In this document: positions 1 through 9,945 of the stretch, one piece after another
Layout of the letters: the number at the start of each line of letters is the position of its first letter
How positions within the stretch are numbered: position 1 is the stretch's first letter
Source: Lobosporangium transversale
Taxonomy: Eukaryota
Length of the DNA stretch: 64,000 nucleotides
Assembly (NCBI RefSeq): GCF_002105155.1
Contig: NW_019029012.1
Coordinates: 310,001 to 374,000, forward strand
Direction of reading: 5' to 3'
Program-made: the position numbers and the translations under genes
Notes under the pieces: generated by a model
What the model was told of the DNA's origin: nothing
Database searches by the model: none
The model's input: the letters and a program-made list of their open reading frames with translations, nothing else

Positions 1-454
1 AACCCCCCTTCTTCAGGTTTATGAATCGTTGATTCATTTGATTCCATTCGCAGATTCATCTCAATAAACTCGTACTTTTGTAATCATTCGCAACTGCCTT
101 GCCCCTGCCTTTGTCCAAGCTGCTCAGATTTCGACTTCTTTTCTTTTGCGTCCCCTTTTTTTTTCCTCAACGATTTATCGCGTGTTCTTTTCATTTTTCA
201 TTTTTTCATTTTTAAAAAAGACTGACCGAGCACACGCTCATACGCTCAACAGTGCTCTTTCACTATCAGCCACGACCCACTTTCATTCTGTACCAACATA
301 TTCCTTCTTCATACTGCCTGTTGTTGAACAAAAAAAAAAAAAAAAAAAAAAAGCTGTTCACAACTTAACACAACAGTTCTAGACCCGGCGCATTTTTTTT
401 TTTTTTTTTTTTTTTTTTTGATACACATTCAAAATAAGGAGACTGCAGCACAGA

Positions 455-1015
455 ATGCCGATCACACGTTGGGCATTCGATATCCGGCAAGCATTGCTGT
501 TGGAACACATTGAGCCCTTGGTTACCTCGCTGGTAGAAGATGATAGCTCCAATATCGTTCCAGTAACAAACCTCTTAAACTTCTTGCAAGGCGAAGACTC
601 GGACTATTTACTTCGGTATCGAAATGACGATGACATTCGGCGCGCCTTGATCGGTCGACTCATGATCCATGCCTTCTTTGTCGCGCATTATGGTTGTCAA
701 TGGGAGACAATGGTCTTTTCTAGGTCCGCGACTAATAAGCCCATCTTGGTAAGTATGTTATTTATATAGTATAACAAGAAAATGATCAGAATATTATTCT
801 CAAACAATCCATGGTAAAAAAAGGAAATAGACGTCTTATCTGGCGGCGATTAAAATAGCACTTTCTTGCATGTTCCCACCGTCAATGATGGCTTATGAAT
901 TGAAGGCGACTAACGCGTCAGAATACCCTCATTTATTCATCTCATTCTCGTGTATAAAGTGTTTGAAACATTTGAAGTCATACTAGTACACTACAGCTCA
1001 TTACCATCGATCGTT

Positions 1016-1046
<31 letters not shown>

Positions 1047-1353
1047 CTTGGTTTGCATGATACCTAGCTAGAGCCAGAACACCTTCGGAATGTCAGCTTT
1101 AATGTCTCACATCATGGAAACTGGGTCGTCTTCGTGGGAAGTACATCTTTGGAAAGCAACGTCCGACTTGGCACTGATGTCACGGACTTCAAGGAGCAGG
1201 TTCCAATGGAGCCATTTGACGCATTTTTATCATGCTATCGAGATCAGGTATGGTTCTTTTTATTTTTTTCCCCAGATTCATGCATTCAATGGCTACACGA
1301 TTAGCATGATGTCATTTGTCTTTTTTTATTTTGTAACTAATTCCTGGGTTACC

Positions 1354-1386
<33 letters not shown>

Positions 1387-2172
1387 CATGCTTACTGACA
1401 CGACGCCTTTCAAATGCTGTTGACTCGAACACCCAATAGTTCACTTTGAACGAGCTATCGTTTGTGAAGAATGCACCTTCAGATCTCTTGGACTCTCAAA
1501 ATGCTAGCAACCAGCGTAGGCGGTTCTGCAGGGTCTGGTGTCTCAAAGAGTCTGTAGGCAAGGCATTGGGTGTTGGCATCGATTACAATCTTAGATCAGT
1601 TGAGTTTTCAATCCATGAGGAGGAGGAGACTCAAAAGGTAATAGTTTTGCTTAAGTATGAATGCCACACAATTTCGTAGAAAATGCTTCACACAACTACG
1701 CGTTTAGTTGCGCATAGCCATAAAACACAGCTCGCGTAACTTACCAAGCTAAAGAGCTCTGGGGTAATGTGAAGCTAGGCTAGCACTAGGAATGGCCCAA
1801 GGAGATGGGGAAATGAGAGCCATATCAGTCAGCACCGATTAATGACATGGGCTAACCACTTGCTTGATTAAATCGTGATTTATCTTGTCCATCATTCTAA
1901 CCAATGTCTTTTCCCCGTATCGCCTTTGATCAATACTGCATTAGCCGATACACTCCACAACAATGCAAGTTCATAGCCCAACACCGGACTTCCCAGGAGA
2001 TGGATGGTCATTCGAGGAAGCATTGCTTGACGACGAGCACTGTTATGCTGTTGCGGCGCATTCATCGGATGTGGATGATAGTGAATCATTGATGGACGGC
2101 TCTGAGATTAAGCGCCTCGATTGGAGGGAACTGCTCAAAGATGCTGTTCCTTATCCGCCTCAGTTTTCATAG
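455..2172 (+). CDS. Sfp/Lys5-type 4'-phosphopantetheinyl transferase (AASDHPPT-like), 4 exons: 455-748, 1068-1247, 1440-1637, 1945-2172
   Basis: Spliced translation gives NKPIL, FNVSHHGNWV, LGTDV and WCLKESVGKALGVG motifs typical of Sfp-type PPTases. GT-AG junctions keep the frame. Confidence 0.9.
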
Positions 2173-3627
2173 CCCTACAATAATGGCTTCCTTTGCCAAA
2201 TCATCCGACCCCTACTGTGTACAGTAAAATGCATCCTTTTTACTCTTCAATAATGTTGATTGGTATAATATGATCAGAGTAGTTCTAGCGAAAAGATATA
2301 GCATTGATCCAAGCGCACCGTGTGATCAATCCATCCAAGCCTCTTTTTTTTTTCTTCTTTTTTTTGTTTGTATCGACAATCTGCACAGGAGAGAGGCCTG
2401 TAGCTTACACGGCCATGCCCATAATGCTTGCCATAAATAGTTTTTAGCTCCATTCTCATCCGATAGTTGTAGAGTGGACGTGTGTTGGTTTACAGTATCC
2501 CACGATACATAAATGGTACAATCACTACTTCTCGTCTTGTCTTATTCCAAATCTTAATATCAGAGAGAGGTTAGTCTGGAGAGACTCGGGCTTGAATGTC
2601 CTTAAACCTGCCTGGTATGGAGCTCTCTTATTCGTGGCCGACGAGGGAGGGACGTGCCTCACTAAGAATAGAGCCGCCAGGACATTTGGTTTCTAACAGT
2701 CATATGACCGTAATCATACCGAGATCGACAGGGTGTTGCGTTTGTTGACATAATTTAGGATCACATTCTTTTTATTATTATTGATATCGTAATATTTTCA
2801 GTATCCACAATTAGGAGATTTTCTTCGCGCCAAAGTCTTTCATCTGTTACTTTTATGGGTGAATCCTCCTCTTGAGGCCCTTTTCCGACATTTACCACAA
2901 ATAACGCTCTAGACGGTTAATATAAGAGGTTGAAGAAATCTCTCTGTTTCTCAACCTTTTCAGATCAAGCAAATTTTCAAGTTCAAGCTAATCTAGTCCA
3001 TTATTCACTAATTTCAATTTTCGCCAAGTCCTAGATCCTTGAAGGCTCAACTATTGAGGTGATCCATAAAGTTTTTCTTCTTCTTGGCGTTCTTACGGTT
3101 CTTTTTGCGGTCTGATTCCTTTTCGTAGATATTTGTCTCCCACCGTGGGGTTGAAAAAGAAGGAAAGAAGGATTGTGGGTAGTTTGACGTAAATGGCATT
3201 TGTCACCGAAAATCAATACTCTCCGCCAGGAGGCCCACTTTTTCGATATTCCTCAGTTGAAGAACGAATGATCACAAAACCCTGTGGCCAAACGGAACTG
3301 TTCCCACACATATATTAAACGCTCCTGTCGCTTAAGGTTGGTTACGCAACATTCTGTGGGCGTCATTTCAACTTCTCCCCCCCCCTAGCCTACCATCTGC
3401 TGATCATTCAGCCATACCACCTTCGATTAGAAGTATCACCATCCGCAACTACCTTAGTGATCGAAACGAGGGAGTACCAAGGAAAGCAGGGCCTCCCTGA
3501 GCCTCCAACCTGCACTTGCGAACACCCCAACGGAGGTTCATCGAAAGGAGACAGAACTCTCCTCTGGGCTAAGTCAAGGCGAACATCGCGCAACAATCCA
3601 TTTTGTGGCAAGGTTGCACATAAAGCG

Positions 3628-3647
3628 GTATCCAATCAACGCGTTCA

Positions 3648-3679
<32 letters not shown>

Positions 3680-3782
3680 CGAGGACCCACGACGTCATGT
3701 AGGATTTATTTAGATGTTAGCTCCATAAATGGAGTCCCTGAGGACCTGTGGCACGGCTCTACTTCGTATCCAATCAACGCGT
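3628..3782. repeat. Exact 17-bp direct repeat GTATCCAATCAACGCGT (3628-3644 and 3766-3782)
   Basis: Two identical copies read directly; each contains CCAAT and ACGCGT. Confidence 0.8.
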
Positions 3783-3919
3783 CCACACGACTAGTATCTA
3801 CGACAAAGCCACATTGTTATACACCATCTTTACTTGCATTCTCGTAGTATCATGTGATATAATTAAGGTGTTTATTTAAGTATATAATATATTTAATCTG
3901 GAACATTTCCATAATCAGG

Positions 3920-3991
3920 TCTTTGGTAGTATAGTGGTCAGTATCTCCGCCTGTCACGCGGAAGACCCGGGTTCAATTCCCGGCCAAAGAG
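3920..3991 (+). tRNA. tRNA-Asp (GTC), intronless
   Basis: Acceptor stem TCTTTGG/CCAAAGA with discriminator G, D-arm TAGTATAGTGG, anticodon stem TCCGC/GCGGA around the loop CTGTCAC, T-loop GGTTCAATTCC, and TTTT Pol III terminator just downstream. Confidence 0.96.
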
Positions 3992-4613
3992 CAATCTTTT
4001 GATCGCGAAATTTTTTTGCTTCGTTTGTCGTTTCCTCACTTCCTAGTTAATGTCCCAGAAGTATTGTCCGCATCAAAGGATATGCCCTGTTGATAAACGG
4101 CACTTTTGTTTGATATAATAATGAATAAAAGAAATAGAAAAAAGAAAGCTTGACCAAAAAAAAAAAACAACAAGTGACATCTAGAGGCTGTGGAAGAATG
4201 CGTCCGATGCAGTATGCCATTGATATGGTGAGGACAAATAACAGAGTTTATATGCTAACAAAACTAATGTTTAGGCTTATATATACTTGGGAAAAACAAT
4301 ATAGTTTATTGGTGTTTTGAGACTGATATAATACTGATATTGTCACTACTCCAGAGGGTATTCTCTTCTGCAGACAGGGTCACCGATGGTTTTCATTTAT
4401 ACATATAATATGATTGCTCCCGATAATGGCAGTTAATATTGAGACTGCAAAACCGGGATTTGGCTTTCACTAACCCTCTTTTCGCGGAAAAGAGAAGAAT
4501 GAAAAAGTGAAAGAGAACAAAGAGAGAAAGAGAGAAAGAGAGAAAGAAACGATGAGAGAAAGAGAGGGAGAGAGAAAGGAAGGAAAAAAAAAGAGAGGCA
4601 TTTTGTTTTCCTT

Positions 4614-6809
4614 TTAATCATCAACGTCTCTTGGTTCACATGCAAGCCGATACCATTCCTGAATGGTGATTCTTTTGGGTGGTGGAGGTTTGGTGTCATG
4701 ATTCCAATAATCTTTGTTAACCCAACGTTCCATACTAGGAGGCCATGCAGTTGGACGGACGAAAGGAACCAATTCCAAAAAGTCCAGATAAGCCTCCAAC
4801 CACTCCTGTGTTTCTTGATTTCCAGCCGCATTGAGGTAAATCCCAAGGGCTCGAAGCCAAGACTCCTCCCGTGTGTAGCCACCATGCTTGGGGAAGAGTA
4901 AGGACAGGTAGCTCTCACGGAAGGGTCGATAAGGGATAACAACCTTGGGAGCAAAAGGAGAGTTGCCTAGTCGTTGGTGTCGAAAATACATGCCCAGGAA
5001 CTGAACACCTTGAAACTTCTTATAGTCCATGGCGCTGTCATCCATCAGTCGATTAGTTGAGAATGATTTCTTTCCGGACCAGTCAATGTTGAAGCATTCC
5101 TTGACTACATCTGCGAGGATCTCTTTGGTTAGACCCATCCAAGGTGTCTCCAGAGCCATGACCATGTCATCGCCAAGGACTACCATCTCACATTGTGTCA
5201 AGATCAAGTAGACTCCAATGCTTCCTTGACGTTTCTCGGCCTCATAAATGAGCGCAGTGTAACCCAAGAACATGGTGATGATGCTCTGAACCAAGGTGTT
5301 GAAACAGTTCCCACTTGTGGTTCCCACGTGTTTCTGCAGTCGAATACCATCATCTCGACAGATGATCACCTCCACCAAGCTTTTGTAGACGAATGTCCAC
5401 AAGGTATCGTACTTGGGGTTCATTCCATCCTCGTACTGAGCTCGGAGTACTTGTAGGGCTTCTTGGACAAGCCAGCCATCAATTGCAGCATCGAATTTCT
5501 TTGCGTCGAAACAATGATAAATAGCATGCCGAGACATTTTGTTGACGAATTTTTCGGCTCCGCCATAGTACCAACTCTGGCCGATGTAGATAGGCCACTT
5601 ATCATCCAAATAAGCCTTGGTAAGGGGCTGTTCCAGTGAGCCCAGGATCAATAAGTCGCGATGACTCAACATAAGGATTAATCGACCCATGGATGTGTTG
5701 ATGGATTCCAAACTGTCGAGATTCCTGCTGCCGGATGAAAACAACCAACTCTCAGCATCCGGGTCCTTGATTTTGCCGTGCATATCCTTGTCCATCTCAA
5801 CTTGTTTTCCCTTGCCTCCCAGTCGAGTATCGTGTGGATGGACTAGATTGCCATCCATGAGCGACGTCCAGACTTCTTCTGCATGTCGAAGCGCATATGT
5901 GTGCGCTTCTCTTCTTTTATAAAGTTTATCGCGCGCATACTCCAGTCCAGCAAACTTGGAGCCATCATAACGAACATCCTTAAGGGACTCGACCGTAGGC
6001 ATGGAGAGTTTTTCCGGAAGAGCCATCAAAGCCTTGACATGCTCAACGGCTCGTCGAAATGCCTTTTCAAACTTTGCAGGCATCACTCGTGGCTGACGAT
6101 TAAAGAGCTTTAAATGATTCATCTGAATCCTGGAACATGTTTTAATGTACGCGCACTGGTCCAGATCTAATTCAGCAGGCAAGGGCGGTGGGCGAATCTT
6201 GGAGAAAACCTCGACAAGTGGATCTCTAGGTGCATGTTCAATGATGTTGTCCATTTGTTTATAGAACTTTTTGTTGTGATGGTGTGTAAAATGATGGTAC
6301 TCCACCTCCAGCTGACGCTTGATCCGTCTCAGCTCATTGATATCGAAGAGCCGAAATCCCTCGGTGAATTTGTGTGGTGGATTCGGTAGTTGTCTAAGGC
6401 TGCTGTCACTTATTATAGAGAGTCTTTGCTCAAGTTGGTCGACGCCCAGAGCAATCAGTCTCTGGTTATGATCGGCCCATCCGCTTATTATTGTCGCACG
6501 ACTGATGGGGTTGGCATAGCGGTTTCTATTATCATGGCCATTGACATTGTTGTTATCCGTTGTAGTGGCGTCAATATTAGTAGCGAAGCTGTACCTTGGC
6601 GCTGAAGTGACGCCGTAGTCAACAATAGGTGGCGCAGAGCTAGCGTCAAAGGACCTAATACGAGTGGACAGGCTATTGTCAGTGCCGATGACTTGGGTGC
6701 TTAAAGCAACGTGTCCTGTCCCCGTTTGGGCTTGTGGTTGCTGAAAATTAGTCACTGTCGGGTAACGCCTTTGGTTAGACGAGGGGGAAGTGTAACCAGT
6801 GCCTATCAT
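4614..6809 (-). CDS. Endogenous viral element: RNA-dependent RNA polymerase of a dsRNA virus (Durnavirales; Curvulaviridae/unirnavirus-like), 731 aa, intronless and uninterrupted
   Basis: Viral palm motifs in canonical order: F (RLGGKGK...GRLILM), A (FDAKKFDAAI, ~5490-5507), B (GTTSGNCFNTLVQS, ~5285-5324), C (LGDD, 5166-5174), E (QFLGMYF). No introns, unlike all neighbouring genes. Confidence 0.92.
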   Translation of the reverse strand: MIGTGYTSPSSNQRRYPTVTNFQQPQAQTGTGHVALSTQVIGTDNSLSTRIRSFDASSAPPIVDYGVTSAPRYSFATNIDATTTDNNNVNGHDNRNRYANPISRATIISGWADHNQRLIALGVDQLEQRLSIISDSSLRQLPNPPHKFTEGFRLFDINELRRIKRQLEVEYHHFTHHHNKKFYKQMDNIIEHAPRDPLVEVFSKIRPPPLPAELDLDQCAYIKTCSRIQMNHLKLFNRQPRVMPAKFEKAFRRAVEHVKALMALPEKLSMPTVESLKDVRYDGSKFAGLEYARDKLYKRREAHTYALRHAEEVWTSLMDGNLVHPHDTRLGGKGKQVEMDKDMHGKIKDPDAESWLFSSGSRNLDSLESINTSMGRLILMLSHRDLLILGSLEQPLTKAYLDDKWPIYIGQSWYYGGAEKFVNKMSRHAIYHCFDAKKFDAAIDGWLVQEALQVLRAQYEDGMNPKYDTLWTFVYKSLVEVIICRDDGIRLQKHVGTTSGNCFNTLVQSIITMFLGYTALIYEAEKRQGSIGVYLILTQCEMVVLGDDMVMALETPWMGLTKEILADVVKECFNIDWSGKKSFSTNRLMDDSAMDYKKFQGVQFLGMYFRHQRLGNSPFAPKVVIPYRPFRESYLSLLFPKHGGYTREESWLRALGIYLNAAGNQETQEWLEAYLDFLELVPFVRPTAWPPSMERWVNKDYWNHDTKPPPPKRITIQEWYRLACEPRDVDD

Positions 6810-7099
6810 TTTCTGTCTGAGTCACAACTTTGTTACGGAGTACTTGTTCCTATGTCAAGATGGAGCAATTAACAAGGAGGACGTTTTTTAAAGAGCGTGA
6901 GAACGAAAAAAATATATGTGTGAGAGACAGCAGCAATGTTAGCAAACGTTTTTTTTTTTTTTTTCTTTGTTTCTTTCTTTCTTTCTTTTTTTATCATTAT
7001 ACGACAAAGGGATTTGCACGTATGCTGTATATGGTCTAAACTTGAATCGCACGCACAATAAATCACAGTACAATGTGAGTAAGGGACATTGAAGGAAAC

Positions 7100-7200
7100 A
7101 AAAGGAGAGTAAAGGGAAAAAAAAAAAGAAAAAAGAGAAAAGGAGAAAAAAATACCACAGGAAGGCAAATGCGCCGTTATTATATATATTTATATTTTTT
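7100..7200 (-). promoter_or_regulatory. Putative core promoter upstream of the RdRp ORF (TATA followed by a pyrimidine-rich tract)
   Basis: Minus strand reads TATAAATATATATATAA (~7178-7194), then a long CT-rich run, the same layout seen upstream of the fungalysin and Git1 genes. Confidence 0.4.
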
Positions 7201-7564
7201 TTTTAATTGTTTCGAAAGAGTGAGTGGCGCAGAACTTGTGAGACTAATGATTGATGTATTAGAATAACTGGTTCAAAACAGAGCCGGTTGACGGGACGGG
7301 ATTTTTGGAGGCCTTTCTACTTTTCTGTCGTCTCTATTCCGCCTTTTGATCCCGCTAGAAGCAAGAAAGAACAAGAGAGGTTTGATTGATCTTACTGATC
7401 TTAGTTTGTATGTATACTTTATCACTGCCACACAACGCATATTTCTAATTCTCTAGCCTCAACACCCCTCTTTCTTCACCATGTGTTTCTGTCAGCCTGT
7501 CAGCATGACATAAAAAAAAAAAAAAAAAAAATCAAATTTCTTTATGAAAACGTGCTATATTCTA

Positions 7565-9310
7565 TTAGTCAACATCATCTGCGGAAGGAGATGAAGTCGA
7601 ATTGCTATTACTTTCATGTCGAAATGGACTGTATCGCGTAGAAGACGGAAATGCACCAGGAATAGAGTTTACTCTTGATGTGAGGATCCTATTTCCAACC
7701 TCACCTCCTTCAGATGTGGGTCCGGTCGGAGTTGGTAGGGTCTGTGCGTTGTTGTCCTGCCCTGAAGACTGGCCGTCATTCCCTCCTGAAGTTGAATTTC
7801 TCTGTTGATTGTTATCGTGCCCACCATGTTGGGGTACCAATTCAAACCGACAAGTTGGGCAAGTACCATTCAATTTAAGCCAAGGCTTGATGCAATCTTC
7901 ATGGAAGATATGCCTGCATTTCAGTTGCAACAAGTTATCTTCTTTTGTGAACTCGTCTTTGCACACGCTACACTCAGTTTTTGCTGCTAACTCTTCGTCC
8001 GTGAGGATATGTGGTGGTATGCTTTCAATGATCTCATCGGATGCTCCAACAGGTCCGTTCTGGCGCCTGAAATCCCCGAAAAACAATGATTTAGTATATG
8101 GTCCGCTAAAACACTGAACTCCAGGACATACACAGTCAGAGCAACATAGTCTTTTAAAGAGATAACTTACCCTTGCATCTCCATCAACTGTGTAATGACA
8201 TCATCCAATCCTGCCTGACTGAACACATAATCCCCAGGATTGCCAATCATATTAAATAGACCACTCAAGCCCGTATCATGACCAGGGCTATCTGAGGCGC
8301 TCTCCGTAGCAGGGCTCATCTCTTGTTGCATTCGCTCCAAAAAGCTATAGGTCGATAATGGCCGTGTGATTTTACGGTAAATATTCATTATTGTCCTCAA
8401 GACGTCAACCCCTGTTCACTTCATTCAATCCATTACCGTTCTTCCTACCTAATTAAAAACGCTCGAGATTGTTGAAATCTATCAGCTCTATTTGGGTCAT
8501 CGGGGTCGCCATTTGCTTGTGAAATGTCCACAATTATATCATGGCTATCATGGCCATCATCATCGTCGCCATCATCACCAACGTTGTCATTCTCGTCATC
8601 ATCTGATATTATAGTGGTGAGGCCATCAAAGCGATCCCTAGACCGTAGTGGGTGATCAAGTAGAGTAAGGGAGTCAGAATGGTCTCCTGTTGCTATGTCT
8701 TCACTGCGTCGGGCCCGTGGTCGACTAGCCTGTTCCCCTACTGGTCGCATCAATCCTACAAGCTGAACCATACGTTGTAGATCCTCGATGAATAATTGTA
8801 TATGCCCTTGCTCGTCACCGTTCTCGATGTCTTCGCCTGCATTTTCAACAAAGTTGCGCGGATCGTTGTCTTCTTCGATCTAGTTCAAAAAGAAATCGTC
8901 ATGCATGTTAGGGGTTATTGCACCGTTAATTGAATTTCTATCGCAAAGATAATCATTTTCACAGAACTTGGGAAAAAAAAAAAAAAAAAAAAAAAAAAAG
9001 AAAAAAAAAGAATGCCTTTGTACCTTTTCAACAAATTCACTATGGCATTCTGGGCAGAGTGGATGTGGTACCATGAGCGGGGTGATTTCTACAGCACACT
9101 AAATGCCAAGACATCAAAGCAAACATCCAAAATTCGTTAAAATGACATGTGCTATTTCATTGAATGCGTCATTGCTCATGTAACTGTGCTGTTTGATTGG
9201 AAAGAACCAGTAAAACGGAGAAAAGTGCTTGCCTGGTGACACCAGAATTCGTGACGAGGACGAGGGCTAGCTACTGCCGCTGCGTCGTCGTGAGCTGAGG
9301 AATTGTCCAT
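7565..9310 (-). CDS. RNF126/RNF115-like E3 ubiquitin ligase (N-terminal zinc ribbon, C-terminal RING-H2), multi-exon
   Basis: N-terminal FWCHQC...CPECHSEFVEKI, GNPGDYVFSQAGLDDVITQLME and CSVCKDEF...CRHIFHEDCIKPWLKLNGTCPTCR. First intron is GC-AG (9099-9232). Confidence 0.92.
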
Positions 9311-9945
9311 GAAGTTTGAAGCCTAATGCTTAGTTTTGTGAGGTTTAGAGTAATGTCCTTGCGTCTCGTTCCAGGAACAGAGAGTTTGAATGGTTTTTAA
9401 TATTGTTTCCTTCACTAATAGCTATTTTTCCCTTGATAACTTCGGGGAAGGTGGTATAACGATAAAGAGGAGTAAGGGTCGACGAGGACGGGCAAGGAAC
9501 GGAATTGAAGAAGAAAGAAGAAGGAAAAGGAAGTAATTCAACAGCAGATCAGACGAGGACCTGACAGCCCTCGTGCTTGCTCGTGACCGTGTTTGATGGA
9601 CAGCATGCTCAAGGATTGCAATTGTGGAGGTAAAAATGACAAGTCTTACATGCGGGAATTTTTTTTTTAAATTGATGCATGAATTAGTTTACATTCCTCT
9701 CCATGGCCTATTACTGAGGGTAATGCTATTTCTCATGGGCATACCAGATGAGTGCCATTATTGAGAGAAAGGTGCTCAGGATTATGAAGAAGACCCAGCT
9801 TATATACATGCCTCATACTTCCATTGGTATGCCGATCATGCTAATTGAAACTTTATTTTCCATTATTAATAAAACCTTGAGTCCGTGGATAATGTCTTTT
9901 CTTTCCTAACCTAATAACACTCATTGCTCCTCATTCACCAGTGCA

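Noticed and set aside
4433..4954. 173-aa minus-strand ORF overlapping the RdRp 3' end (possible viral overlapping or frameshift product)
   Set aside because: Non-ATG start, the tail translates a low-complexity CT tract, and no slippery site or protein motif was recognised.
4614..6809. RdRp read as a cellular RNAi RdRP or a retroelement reverse transcriptase
   Set aside because: It lacks DxDGD and YxDD; the motif A/B/C order and GDD are those of viral RdRps. No gag, integrase or LTRs nearby.
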